Shown: positions 27,169 to 36,407, counted from the first letter of the stretch. The stretch: DNA of 48,462 bases from Candidatus Pacearchaeota archaeon (GCA_038869535.1 JAWCQY010000002.1:1-48462); one strand, 5' to 3'. The notes: generated from the sequence alone by a model not told the origin. Translations and numbers: made by a program.

Positions 27169-27900
27169 TTAGATCCAACCCCTTTTAAAAATACCATCAT
27201 TTCTTATTTCGAAATTTAACTCTTTCAAAGGTAAACTTCTATGTTTTAAAAGAATTGCTTTTCTTCTTCCTTTTTCAATTTTTAATTCAATTATAGTTTT
27301 ACTCCAATATTTGAATAGGTCCCCCCCGACAAGATTTGTTTTGGGTTGGACTCCCCTTCTCCATTCTTCTTCAGGAATAAAATCATGATAAACTTGATTT
27401 GTGATTAAGATAGGTATATTTTGTGTTCTGGATATTTCCGCAAGAATTCTCATCTGTTTTGCAACTTCTCTGTTGACTTCTTTTACTTTATTGTCGTCAC
27501 CTAATTTTTGAGCATCTCCAAGCTCAAGTCTGTAAAGCATTGCCATCCCATCAATAACAATAAGTCCAACATTATCTTTTTTTACTTTATTTAAAAGATT
27601 TGTAAAAATTTTTTTTTGTTCATCGAATTTTGTTGGGTTTAACAGAAAGATGTTCTTTAAAATTTTATTAAATTCTGGTCCTATAATTTGCTTTACTCTT
27701 TCAACACTAAAACCTCCTTCAGTATCAATAAAAATGACCTTATTCCCCTTTTTGGCAAGATCACAGGTTGCAAGTATGCAAAAATTTGTTTTACCGCTTG
27801 CGGGTGGACCAGCAATCATAGTTATAACGCCGGATTCGTAACCCCCACAGAGCCACCTGTTTAAATCAAAACTTCCTGTAGAAATTTTTTCGATATCCAT
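27169..27900 (-). CDS. radB: RadB (RecA/RadA paralog)
   Basis: ISTGSFDLNRWLCGGYESGVITMIAGPPASGKTNFC (Walker A) and Walker B GLIVIDGMA. At 243 aa it lacks the RadA N-terminal domain. Confidence 0.75.
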   Translation of the reverse strand: MDIEKISTGSFDLNRWLCGGYESGVITMIAGPPASGKTNFCILATCDLAKKGNKVIFIDTEGGFSVERVKQIIGPEFNKILKNIFLLNPTKFDEQKKIFTNLLNKVKKDNVGLIVIDGMAMLYRLELGDAQKLGDDNKVKEVNREVAKQMRILAEISRTQNIPILITNQVYHDFIPEEEWRRGVQPKTNLVGGDLFKYWSKTIIELKIEKGRRKAILLKHRSLPLKELNFEIRNDGIFKRGWI

Positions 27901-28017
27901 TAAAAATTACAGAATTTTTAATTAATAAAAATTGTTGTGATTGTTTCGGCGAATTTATTTAATGGTTATATAATATATGTAAGAATTTAGTTTGATTATA
28001 AAACCTTTTAATTAAGG

Positions 28018-28281
28018 TTATTTCATTTTTTTAAAGTCTGTTTCTATATTATCTAAATCTTTTATTATGGAATCTATTGCGTCACTTATTGCTTTCTTTA
28101 TAGGTTTGCTCTTTGTAGAAACTTTTAGTATAGGTTTTTCGGTGGGGTGTACTCTTTTCCAAGCCGCAAAATCAACGCTAGGGTCTTTATTAAGATAGAC
28201 TCTAAGTAATTCAGCAAGAGTTAAATTTTCAATTTGTATTTCAATTTCATCTTTTGAGCTTTTTAGAATATTCATTTCCAT
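28018..28281 (-). CDS. rpoL: DNA-directed RNA polymerase subunit L (Rpb11-like)
   Basis: EIEIQIENLTLAELLRVYLNKDPSVDFAAWKRVHPTEKPILKVSTK fits the RpoL pattern (..LGNLLR..L..DP.V.FA.Y...HP). The ATG at 28281 is preferred over the GTG at 28299. Confidence 0.7.
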   Translation of the reverse strand: MEMNILKSSKDEIEIQIENLTLAELLRVYLNKDPSVDFAAWKRVHPTEKPILKVSTKSKPIKKAISDAIDSIIKDLDNIETDFKKMK

Positions 28282-28729
28282 TTTATATAGAAAAATCACA
28301 AAATTGATTTATAAAGTTTGTGATGTATCTAAATTGTCACTTTATATGGATTATTTAGGATTATCCTTTTGTTAAATATGGAACTCGGGCTAAGAAAGTG
28401 TTATAAACTTTTTCTGCCGTAGACCATGCTGTAAGACAATATTTCTTCTTTAATTTATTGGTTACAATATAATTACCCTAAATGTGATGGTAGCCTTGAT
28501 AGAAATTTAAGATTTTTGTTTATTCTTACATAATATTCCTTTTTATGACTCCTTACTCATTTAAAACTTAATCTATAAATTATCTATTAATCCTAGAATC
28601 TTTTCGTGCATATTTTATAGTTTAACTAATTTAACAATAATGTATTAAAGATTGGTGTTGTATCCAATTTGATATAAAAATATGTAAATAGAAGCAATCA
28701 AAATAGATTTAATAAAATTTTATTATTTC

Positions 28730-29497
28730 CTATTTATGGTTGTATTCTTCTACTCCAAAATTTTCAGAATTTTCTTGATAGTTAATGGTCTCATTACTTA
28801 GGTCTATTTGATCTTTTTCTAACTGTTCTTTGGCTTCTTTCATCTTTCTTAAATCCGAGATTTTAAGACTGTTTAATGTTTGCTGATCAAATTTTAGTAT
28901 TCTCGCTGGTTGAGGTTTTATAGTCTCTTTATCCTCTGAGGGAATTAAAATATCTCTTGGCATATCACTTGGGGTTTCCATCTGGTTTTCATTCTTTATA
29001 ACGTTTACCCTCAAGAAAGCTTCAAGTTTTTTTATAATAACATAATAATTTTCAGGAAGGATACCCTGTTCCAATTTCTTAATTACACTTTCTGATTCTC
29101 CAATTTGTTGCGCAAGCTGTTCTTGTGTTATTTTCTTCATTCTTCTTGCTCTCATTAAAATCCAGTGAAAATTATCAACTAGATTTTTTGCTGTCGTTTT
29201 TTCTATTTGTAGAATTTTTTGCTTTTTTTGTTCTTTATGCCCTTCATCAATAAATTCCTTTGAAGTTATTCTCGTCTTATCTCTAACAAGGTTACTCCCC
29301 CTTTTATCACCAACCTTTTTATAATAAGGGGCAATTTCTTTAGACTCTTTTATTTGATCTAAAGTTGGCTTTTTTAAAAGAATCATTTTTTCTTTTGAGA
29401 TACAGGATTCACACGCTTTAACAACTTTCCAAAAGGATATAGCATTGTAAATATCTTCTTCTCTATAATTCCTACCGCATATAGAACACTCCATCAT
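28730..29497 (-). CDS. MBF1-like protein (N-terminal zinc ribbon plus Cro/C1-type HTH), expanded
   Basis: MMECSICG..CESC ribbon and the HTH KKITQEQLAQQIGESESVIKKLEQG. At 255 aa it is longer than the roughly 160 aa I recall for archaeal MBF1. Confidence 0.55.
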   Translation of the reverse strand: MMECSICGRNYREEDIYNAISFWKVVKACESCISKEKMILLKKPTLDQIKESKEIAPYYKKVGDKRGSNLVRDKTRITSKEFIDEGHKEQKKQKILQIEKTTAKNLVDNFHWILMRARRMKKITQEQLAQQIGESESVIKKLEQGILPENYYVIIKKLEAFLRVNVIKNENQMETPSDMPRDILIPSEDKETIKPQPARILKFDQQTLNSLKISDLRKMKEAKEQLEKDQIDLSNETINYQENSENFGVEEYNHK

Positions 29498-29520
29498 TAT
29501 TAATTAGTCAGACATATTTT

Positions 29521-30024
29521 TTAATATTTGTGTTTATAAGAATATAAATTATTACTTAAGATACTTTTATAAACAAAAGAAAAAGCATTACCTCTTTCAC
29601 AACTGAAAATTTTTAAGAGATTGTTATCTAAATCTTCTTTTATTTTTTGATATTCTTCATTTGGTTTTATAATATGATCCCCAAAAATGACATAAACTTC
29701 TTTATTTTTAATTGCTAAGAAAAGTTCCTTTATTTTTTTAGGAGAATGGCTTAAATCCGCATCCATAACCCCTAAAACTTCACCGTCTGCTATTTTCCAA
29801 CCCTCTAAAACTGCCGAAGAAAGTCCAAGTTTTCTATTTCTATGAATAACTTTAAGATTTTTTTGTTTCTTTTTCAAATCTTCTAGAATTTTTCCCGTTC
29901 CATCAGGGGAGTTATCATCAACAACTATTATCTCGCCTTTAATTTTATTTTCTTTAAATTCTTTTTGAATCCCTTTAATAAGCTTTGAAATATTCTCTTT
30001 TTCATTATAAGTAGGTATAACCAA
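29521..30024 (-). CDS. Short family-2 glycosyltransferase (Dpm1-like N-terminal half), possibly truncated
   Basis: IPTYNE, VVDDNSPDGT and MDADLSH match dolichyl-phosphate sugar synthase-type GT2. Similarity fades after about residue 120 and the ORF ends at 167 aa. TTG start. Confidence 0.55.
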   Translation of the reverse strand: MVIPTYNEKENISKLIKGIQKEFKENKIKGEIIVVDDNSPDGTGKILEDLKKKQKNLKVIHRNRKLGLSSAVLEGWKIADGEVLGVMDADLSHSPKKIKELFLAIKNKEVYVIFGDHIIKPNEEYQKIKEDLDNNLLKIFSCERGNAFSFVYKSILSNNLYSYKHKY

Positions 30025-30026
30025 AC

Positions 30027-30746
30027 TTATCTTCTATAATAGAAGTATAAAGTATTTAAAAAAATAATCTTGCTATTTAAGTATTGTTTTAAATTATCAA
30101 CAGAACTAATTTCATAAATAACATGTTTGTCATCAATAATTAATACAGGATAATCTGAAATATTAAATTTTGTGAGTAGAGAGTTTAGAGAGGTTAAGTT
30201 AGCATTAACAGCTATTGGAATAAGAATAATTTTATTCCCTTCTTTTTGTTTAAGATCAAAGAGGATTTTTGACCATACCTTATTTTTTGCATTTTTTACT
30301 AAATTCTGAGTATTATATTCATAAAGATAAACAACCACAGAAATATTTTTTTTGCACTCATCTGGAATATTCATAAGATTTATCCATAAAATTGTTCGGA
30401 GTAAATCGTATCTCTTATGTGAAAGTTTCAAAGCTTCTGATAATTTTTCAGATTCTTCATATTTTTCAAGAATAAGTGCTTCATTATATATTTCGTCTGC
30501 AAATTTAATGTTTGAATCTATAAGAACATTGCAATTTATTTGATTAGAATCTAAAAGTTTGCTTAAAGCAAAAGCATCCATAAGAGAGATTTCGGATAAG
30601 ACATAATAATCATTAATCTCGTTTAACTTGTTCCTTTCATAGGCAATTCCTAAGAATATTCCTATTAAAAAAATAGCTATTGTTAAGATAAGCGCTTGCC
30701 AGAAAGAATGCTTCGAATCTCTTAAATTTTCAGGGTTTTTAAGCAT
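30027..30746 (-). CDS. Membrane-anchored hypothetical protein
   Basis: 239 aa with a single N-terminal TM segment (WQALILTIAIFLIGIFLGIAY). It is wedged between the two GT2 genes with 1-2 nt spacers. Confidence 0.5.
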   Translation of the reverse strand: MLKNPENLRDSKHSFWQALILTIAIFLIGIFLGIAYERNKLNEINDYYVLSEISLMDAFALSKLLDSNQINCNVLIDSNIKFADEIYNEALILEKYEESEKLSEALKLSHKRYDLLRTILWINLMNIPDECKKNISVVVYLYEYNTQNLVKNAKNKVWSKILFDLKQKEGNKIILIPIAVNANLTSLNSLLTKFNISDYPVLIIDDKHVIYEISSVDNLKQYLNSKIIFLNTLYFYYRR

Positions 30747-30747
30747 T

Positions 30748-31980
30748 TTACCATGATTTATCCTTCTTTATAAATTTAAAGAGTGAAACGATTAATATTA
30801 TGGGATATGTAAGTAAATATACCAATGAGTATATTAAAATGTTGTATAACTTATCCTTTTTAAATTCTTTTTCTCTTGTATATCTTAGTGCAAAAAGTGT
30901 AAAAGAAAGACTAAGTATAAAGAATGCGGCCCCAAAAAATACGAGAACATTAGGAGTTAAATTTATCTCCCTTAAAGTAAAAATTGCCGTCTGAGCTTCT
31001 ATGTAATACTTTGTAGCAAGATAATTTATAATGATGCCTCTCAATCCACGGTAAACTAATATCCCTATTCCCAAAAGACCCAAAAACCATGATAAAACAA
31101 AAAAAGGTAGAACAAAACTCCCAAGAATTCCTTTCTTAAAAAAAGTTTTTTTGTATTTATTTATAGTTTGCAAACCCCCAATATTCCACCTTATTCTTTG
31201 ACGATACCAGTCTTTAAAGTTATTTGGAACAACAGTATAAGCTATTGAGGGAATACTCATCTCAACTTTATATCCTTTAGAAAGAAGGTTCCATGTTAAT
31301 TCTATATCTTCTGTATAGTTTTTTTCATCAAATCTTCCGACTTTATCAAAATATTTTTTTCTGTAAATAGCTAGGGGCCCAGGAGTGACATAAATTGCGC
31401 CGATAAATCCTAAAAGTTTTCTTGTAAACACGATTATTCTGTATTCTATTGATTGTAATCTTTCAATAAGTCTATCTCTTTTATTAGCAAAAATAGAAGC
31501 AGTTACAGCAGCAATTTCTTTATTGTCAAAAAATCCCATCATTTTACTTATAGCATCTTTTTTAGGGTAGGAGTCAGCGTCTACAAAACCTATAATCTCT
31601 GTATCCACAAACTTTGCCCCATAATTTTTTGCACCAGAAGCTTTTCCAGTGTTTTTGGGAGTTCTTACACCAATAACTTTACTATATTTTTTTTCATACT
31701 CTTTTATTATCTTATATGAATTATCTGTACTGCAGTCATCAACAACAATTATTTTTTTAAGATTCTTATAATCTGAATTAAGGACTGCTTGTATCGTCCC
31801 CCCAATACTTTTTTCTTCATTATAACAAGGAATAACTATACTCAAAGAATACTCCTTAGTTATTTTTGGTACATAGTTAATCCTATTGCTATTTTTTGAA
31901 TATATGATGATAAAAAGAAATAAAAAATAGAATGCTAAGAAAGAATAAGCAAGATAAACTATTGTAAGAAATTCTGGCAT
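30748..31980 (-). CDS. Processive family-2 glycosyltransferase (cellulose/chitin/PNAG-synthase-like)
   Basis: VIPCYNEE, VVDDCSTD, FVDADS, TEDIELT and the Q(R/Q)xRW signature YRQRIRWNIGG. One N-terminal and several C-terminal TM segments. Confidence 0.8.
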   Translation of the reverse strand: MPEFLTIVYLAYSFLAFYFLFLFIIIYSKNSNRINYVPKITKEYSLSIVIPCYNEEKSIGGTIQAVLNSDYKNLKKIIVVDDCSTDNSYKIIKEYEKKYSKVIGVRTPKNTGKASGAKNYGAKFVDTEIIGFVDADSYPKKDAISKMMGFFDNKEIAAVTASIFANKRDRLIERLQSIEYRIIVFTRKLLGFIGAIYVTPGPLAIYRKKYFDKVGRFDEKNYTEDIELTWNLLSKGYKVEMSIPSIAYTVVPNNFKDWYRQRIRWNIGGLQTINKYKKTFFKKGILGSFVLPFFVLSWFLGLLGIGILVYRGLRGIIINYLATKYYIEAQTAIFTLREINLTPNVLVFFGAAFFILSLSFTLFALRYTREKEFKKDKLYNILIYSLVYLLTYPIILIVSLFKFIKKDKSW

Positions 31981-32081
31981 TTTATGATTGTTATTTATGA
32001 AATTTACTTAAGTTTTTAATATAGAGAGATTATAGTCCCCTATTTATTAAAGTTATTTATAATCATAAATATATTATTTAG

Positions 32082-32681
32082 TTATTTTTCTTCTTCATTA
32101 ATCCTCTCTATAAAAGAATTTTCAGGTTTACTAGATAATTCATTTTCTTTTATCTCTTGCTTAGATATATTAAAATAATTATAAAATTCGTCTGAAAGGC
32201 TTATTTCATATGTATGCCCCATTTTTTTCTTTCTTATTAAACCAAGTTCTAAAAATTTTTTTATATGTTCATAGGCTTTATTGCCCCGGATTTTTGTAAC
32301 AATAGACTGCTTTATAGGTTGTTTAAAGGCAATAATCGCAAGAGTTCCTTGTTCTGCTTTTGAAAATTCAGATTTTCCGGTAGCCAGCCAACTTGAGAGG
32401 TGAGCATATTCTTGTGAAACATCCATCTTCCATATAACTTTTTCTTTATTTTCTTCTATTGTTTTTTTCTCAATAATCTTTATAGCAGAATTTTCATGAT
32501 TATACTTTTTCTTTAACTTTTCTATCACTTCTTTTATCAATATAGGGTTTAGATCAGAAAGGGAAACTAGTTCGGCTATTGTAAGAAATCTTCCTGCAAC
32601 AAATAATATTGCTTCTACTTTTTTTACATTTTCTATTTCTTCTAATCTTTCTGTTTTATCAAATGTCTCATTCTTAATCAT
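32082..32681 (-). CDS. scpB: Segregation and condensation protein B
   Basis: VEAILFVAGRFLTIAELVSL plus a second winged-helix region. No scpA or smc gene is adjacent. Confidence 0.7.
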   Translation of the reverse strand: MIKNETFDKTERLEEIENVKKVEAILFVAGRFLTIAELVSLSDLNPILIKEVIEKLKKKYNHENSAIKIIEKKTIEENKEKVIWKMDVSQEYAHLSSWLATGKSEFSKAEQGTLAIIAFKQPIKQSIVTKIRGNKAYEHIKKFLELGLIRKKKMGHTYEISLSDEFYNYFNISKQEIKENELSSKPENSFIERINEEEK

Positions 32682-32776
32682 ATAATTTAGAAGCTTTACA
32701 TATTTTAAAGATTTTTAGATATTTCAAGATTTATAACTCTACTTATAGTTTAACTAATTAAAAAGATTAACAAAAA

Positions 32777-33865
32777 TTATAATCTAAACCTTAAGATAGC
32801 ACCAATGCCCCCCATATTCCAAAACTGTTCTCCTTCTGGTGTTTCTATTGATATTATTTTTATATCAGAACCTATAGTCTCTGCAATTTCTTTAAAATTT
32901 TTTGTTTTTTGTTTTTCAAGTTTAGAAGATAAAAAAAGAGTTTCAACTGCCCCGGCTTCGAGCGCTTTTCTTGTTTCTTCTTCACCAAGTGTTGTTTTTT
33001 CAGGGTTTTTTCCAAGGTTTTGAAAAAAAGTTTCTATATACTTTTTTTCTTGAAGTCTTTCGTGATTTGTAAGTAAAGATTCAGATTTATCAACAAGTTC
33101 CTTAAGTCCAGATTCTGAAGCATCTCCAACATCTATTTTACCAAGAACTTTTTGCCGGAGAGCAGAGGTGAGGTAGTCTCCATCTAAAAACTCATCTTTT
33201 GTGGGAATTGGGCCACCAATAATAATCCCCTTTAATTTCTTATTATCAAAAAAATTGTTCTTCATCTCTTCTGCAATTCTTTTGTAGAATTCTTTTGTTA
33301 ACCCCTCAGTTATTCTATGAAACCTTTGAGAAGATTGCCCCCCTGCACGTATTTTACTTGGAATTCCCGAGGTTATTTTTTGTAAGACTTCAATTCTTTT
33401 CCCTTCAAGTAAACCTATTGTTGCTTCTTTCCTATCCATAACAAGTAACCCAAAAACTTCCTTAATTTCTAACATTTCTTTTAAAGGCTCAAGAATAAAT
33501 TCTTTATCACAGCGATACATTCTTACCTTAAGCGGCAAAATTGGTTCAATAGCCCAAAGTCTCAAATCATCTTGCCCCTCAACTTTGCTTATATTTCCAC
33601 AAAAAATTGCAAGTCCGTTTTCTGGAGTTTTTTTATATTCTCTTAACTGCCTAGTTATTTTGTCTAATGCCGCTCCAACATTCTTTCTTGTGCTAGTACT
33701 CTTAATATTTTTTGCTGTTGACTTTTCCGCTTCAAGTTGATCAATAACGCTATAGATGTTTTGTCCTACCGGTATATAAACGGTTATTAGTTCTGTTGCT
33801 CTCGTCCTATGTTTTTCAAGTTCTTCTAAAATTTCTGATAGTTCTTCTTTGGATATTTGGGCCAT
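32777..33865 (-). CDS. prf1: Peptide chain release factor aRF1
   Basis: NIKS motif (TAKNIKSTSTRKN) and GGQ motif (RAGGQSSQRF). The ATG at 33865 sits immediately after the valS stop (33867-33869). The track start at 33892 is a GTG inside valS. Confidence 0.9.
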   Translation of the reverse strand: MAQISKEELSEILEELEKHRTRATELITVYIPVGQNIYSVIDQLEAEKSTAKNIKSTSTRKNVGAALDKITRQLREYKKTPENGLAIFCGNISKVEGQDDLRLWAIEPILPLKVRMYRCDKEFILEPLKEMLEIKEVFGLLVMDRKEATIGLLEGKRIEVLQKITSGIPSKIRAGGQSSQRFHRITEGLTKEFYKRIAEEMKNNFFDNKKLKGIIIGGPIPTKDEFLDGDYLTSALRQKVLGKIDVGDASESGLKELVDKSESLLTNHERLQEKKYIETFFQNLGKNPEKTTLGEEETRKALEAGAVETLFLSSKLEKQKTKNFKEIAETIGSDIKIISIETPEGEQFWNMGGIGAILRFRL

Positions 33866-33866
33866 A

Positions 33867-36200
33867 TTAGACAAATTCAACGTTGAATTCACCTTTTCTT
33901 ATTTCTTTTGCGTTTGCTACATTCTTTAAATCTTCTAAAATTTCTTTATACTTCTTAAGACTATTTTCAGGTAACGTAAGAATTATCTGAGCATTGGCCG
34001 GTTTTTTTGCTATAGATTTCTCTCTTCTTATTTTTGAAATGTCATGGAATAGGGAGGATAATATATCGTCTTCTTTTGTTTTCTTTTTATTTCTGGGCCA
34101 TTTCATTAAATGGATGCTCTTTTCTTTTTCTATAATTCTAAAATATTTTTGGTAAATGAATTCTGTTATAAAGGGGGTTATAGGCGCAAATATTTTTAGT
34201 ATTGTCAATAAAGAAGTATAAAGCGTATAAAATGCAGATTCTTTCTGTTTTTTCGTTCCGTTGTATACTCTCCATTTAATAATCTCGAGATAATTATCAC
34301 AAAAATCATGCCAAAAAAAATTTTCAAATTCTTGTTTTATTTTTGAATATTCATAATTTAAAAAATTAATTGTAGCTTTATTAACCATCAAATTTAGTCT
34401 ATTTAAAAATAGCTCATCTAATTTCTCCAGTTTCTTTGGTTTTTTTGGTTTGTAATTTTTTAAGTTTATAAAAACAAAATTTGAAGCATTAAAAAGTTTT
34501 ATAACAAATCTTTTTCCCGCAATAACATCCTCTTCTCTGTATTCCATATCTTCACCCAATTTTGATGTTGCAGCCCAAAATCTGATAGCATCTGCTCCAT
34601 ATTTATTTATAACCTCTTTTGGTACTACAATATTACCTTTTGATTTTGACATCTTTTCACCATAAAGCATTACATACCCAGAAATCATAATATTCTTCCA
34701 AGGTATATTTTTTTTATGATAAAATGATTTTACAATTGTATAGAAAGCCCATGTCCTGATTATGTCATGCCCTTGTGGGCGGAGAGAATACGGAATTTTA
34801 ATCTTATTCTGAACCAAGGATGATGCTATTTGTGGGGTTAATGGGGAAGTTGCCCATGTATCTAAAACACGAGTTTCCGGTTTTGCTTGTTTTTTACAGT
34901 TTGGGCAAATTTTTTTTACATTTATAGGGTCTACTGGGAGTTCTTTTTCATTAGGTAGCAAAATTTTATTGCATTCAGCACACCACCAAACAGGTATTGG
35001 GATTCCAAAGTATCTGTCTCTTGAGATAGTCCAGTCCCAATTTAATCCCTTAACCCAGTTTTCATATCTTTTTTCCATGTATTTTGGATACCATTTTATT
35101 TTTCTTCCTAGGGAAATCCACTCCTTTTTTTTATCAAGAATTTTTATAAACCACTGATCTGTTGGGAGGAATTCAATTTCGGTTCCACACTTATCATGAA
35201 CATTGACAACATGAGAAATTTTTTTATTTTCTAAAACCAATTTTTCATTGCATAAGTCATCAAAAATTTTATTTCTCGCTTCTTTTATTTTTAGTCCTTT
35301 GTATTTTCCATCTTTTATTGTTCCATCGTAATCAAAGATTATTCTCTGCGGAAGTTTATACCTATTTATTACATCAACATCAAATTTATCCCCATAACTA
35401 CAAATCATCATTGCTCCTGTTCCTTTTTCTTTATTAACAGTTTTATCCCCGATTATTGGGACTTTATGTTTAGATAGAGGGACTTCTGCCATTTTTCCAA
35501 TATATTTTTTATATCTTTGGTCTTCAGGGTGAATAAGTATGGCAACACAAGCTGGAATAAGTTCCGGCCTAGTTGTTGCTATTGGTAAAGTATCCATCTC
35601 TACTTTAAACTTTATAGTTGTGAAAAAAGAGTCGAGTTTTTTATCTTCCAATTCTGCTTGAGCTATCGCTGTTTGACATTCTGGGCACCAGATAGAAGGA
35701 AATCTAGCCCTGTAAATTATCCCATTTCTGAATAGGTCAATAAAAGATTTTTGAGAAATTTTTTGGCTATTCTTGTCTATTGTCGAATAATAAATTTTGT
35801 AATCTGCACTTATCCCTAAATTCTTCCATTGCTGAATAAAATCAGGAATTATCCTTTTCAAGGTACTAATACAAATTTTTATAAAATTTGGGCGAAGCAT
35901 ATCTTTACTTCTTATACCATTCAATTTTTCAACGAGTTTTTCAGTAGGTAATCCATTGTCATCTGTTCCGAACGGATAAAAAACAGAACCTTCATACATT
36001 CTCCTAAACCTAGCAATAAAATCTTGTTGAGAATATGAAAATGCATGCCCCATGTGCATTTCTCCAGACACGGTTGGCGGCGGGCTATCAATACTATAAA
36101 CTTTATTTTTTCTGTTTTTTATTAACTTAAATCTATAAATTTTTTCTTTTTCCCAGAAATCTAATATTTTTTTTTCTTCTTTTAACGGGTCATATTCCAT
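33867..36200 (-). CDS. valS: Valyl-tRNA synthetase
   Basis: PPPTVSGEMHMGHA (HIGH), GTDDNGLPTE, editing-domain ATTRPE and KMSKSKGN. At 777 aa it is short for a ValRS. Confidence 0.8.
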   Translation of the reverse strand: MEYDPLKEEKKILDFWEKEKIYRFKLIKNRKNKVYSIDSPPPTVSGEMHMGHAFSYSQQDFIARFRRMYEGSVFYPFGTDDNGLPTEKLVEKLNGIRSKDMLRPNFIKICISTLKRIIPDFIQQWKNLGISADYKIYYSTIDKNSQKISQKSFIDLFRNGIIYRARFPSIWCPECQTAIAQAELEDKKLDSFFTTIKFKVEMDTLPIATTRPELIPACVAILIHPEDQRYKKYIGKMAEVPLSKHKVPIIGDKTVNKEKGTGAMMICSYGDKFDVDVINRYKLPQRIIFDYDGTIKDGKYKGLKIKEARNKIFDDLCNEKLVLENKKISHVVNVHDKCGTEIEFLPTDQWFIKILDKKKEWISLGRKIKWYPKYMEKRYENWVKGLNWDWTISRDRYFGIPIPVWWCAECNKILLPNEKELPVDPINVKKICPNCKKQAKPETRVLDTWATSPLTPQIASSLVQNKIKIPYSLRPQGHDIIRTWAFYTIVKSFYHKKNIPWKNIMISGYVMLYGEKMSKSKGNIVVPKEVINKYGADAIRFWAATSKLGEDMEYREEDVIAGKRFVIKLFNASNFVFINLKNYKPKKPKKLEKLDELFLNRLNLMVNKATINFLNYEYSKIKQEFENFFWHDFCDNYLEIIKWRVYNGTKKQKESAFYTLYTSLLTILKIFAPITPFITEFIYQKYFRIIEKEKSIHLMKWPRNKKKTKEDDILSSLFHDISKIRREKSIAKKPANAQIILTLPENSLKKYKEILEDLKNVANAKEIRKGEFNVEFV

Positions 36201-36251
36201 AACAATAAAAAATCCAATAACTTTTAAAAACTATCTATACTTAAATATATT

Positions 36252-36407
36252 ATGGCAGAAAATACAATACAGATCCCTTCCGGGTTTGGTGGGTTGATGA
36301 GATTTAAGGAAGAGTATGAGAGCAAAATAATACTAAAACCAATTCATGTAATAGCTATGATTATCTTTGTAATAATTTTAAGAGTAAGTCTTGAATTTAT
36401 TTTCTAA
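36252..36407 (+). CDS. secG: Preprotein translocase subunit Sec61beta (archaeal SecG)
   Basis: 51-aa ORF absent from the track: MAENTIQIPSGFGGLMRFKEEYESKIILKPIHVIAMIIFVIILRVSLEFIF. The sGL.RF..e....i.l.P motif followed by a C-terminal TM tail anchor is the Sec61beta signature. Confidence 0.6.
   Translation: MAENTIQIPSGFGGLMRFKEEYESKIILKPIHVIAMIIFVIILRVSLEFIF

Noticed and set aside
28300-28729. C/D-box sRNA or split-tRNA half in the 430-bp gap (for example GTGATGG at about 28484 and TGATGT at about 28321).
   Set aside because: The box C-like strings lack a correctly spaced CTGA D box and terminal stem. There is no T-loop (GTTCRAATC) or acceptor-like element. The region is kept only as a low-interest unexplained gap.
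29521-29700. A frameshift explanation for the short Dpm1-like GT2.
   Set aside because: I translated the other two minus-strand frames across the 3' part and both hit stops within a few codons. No displaced GT2 remnant is visible.
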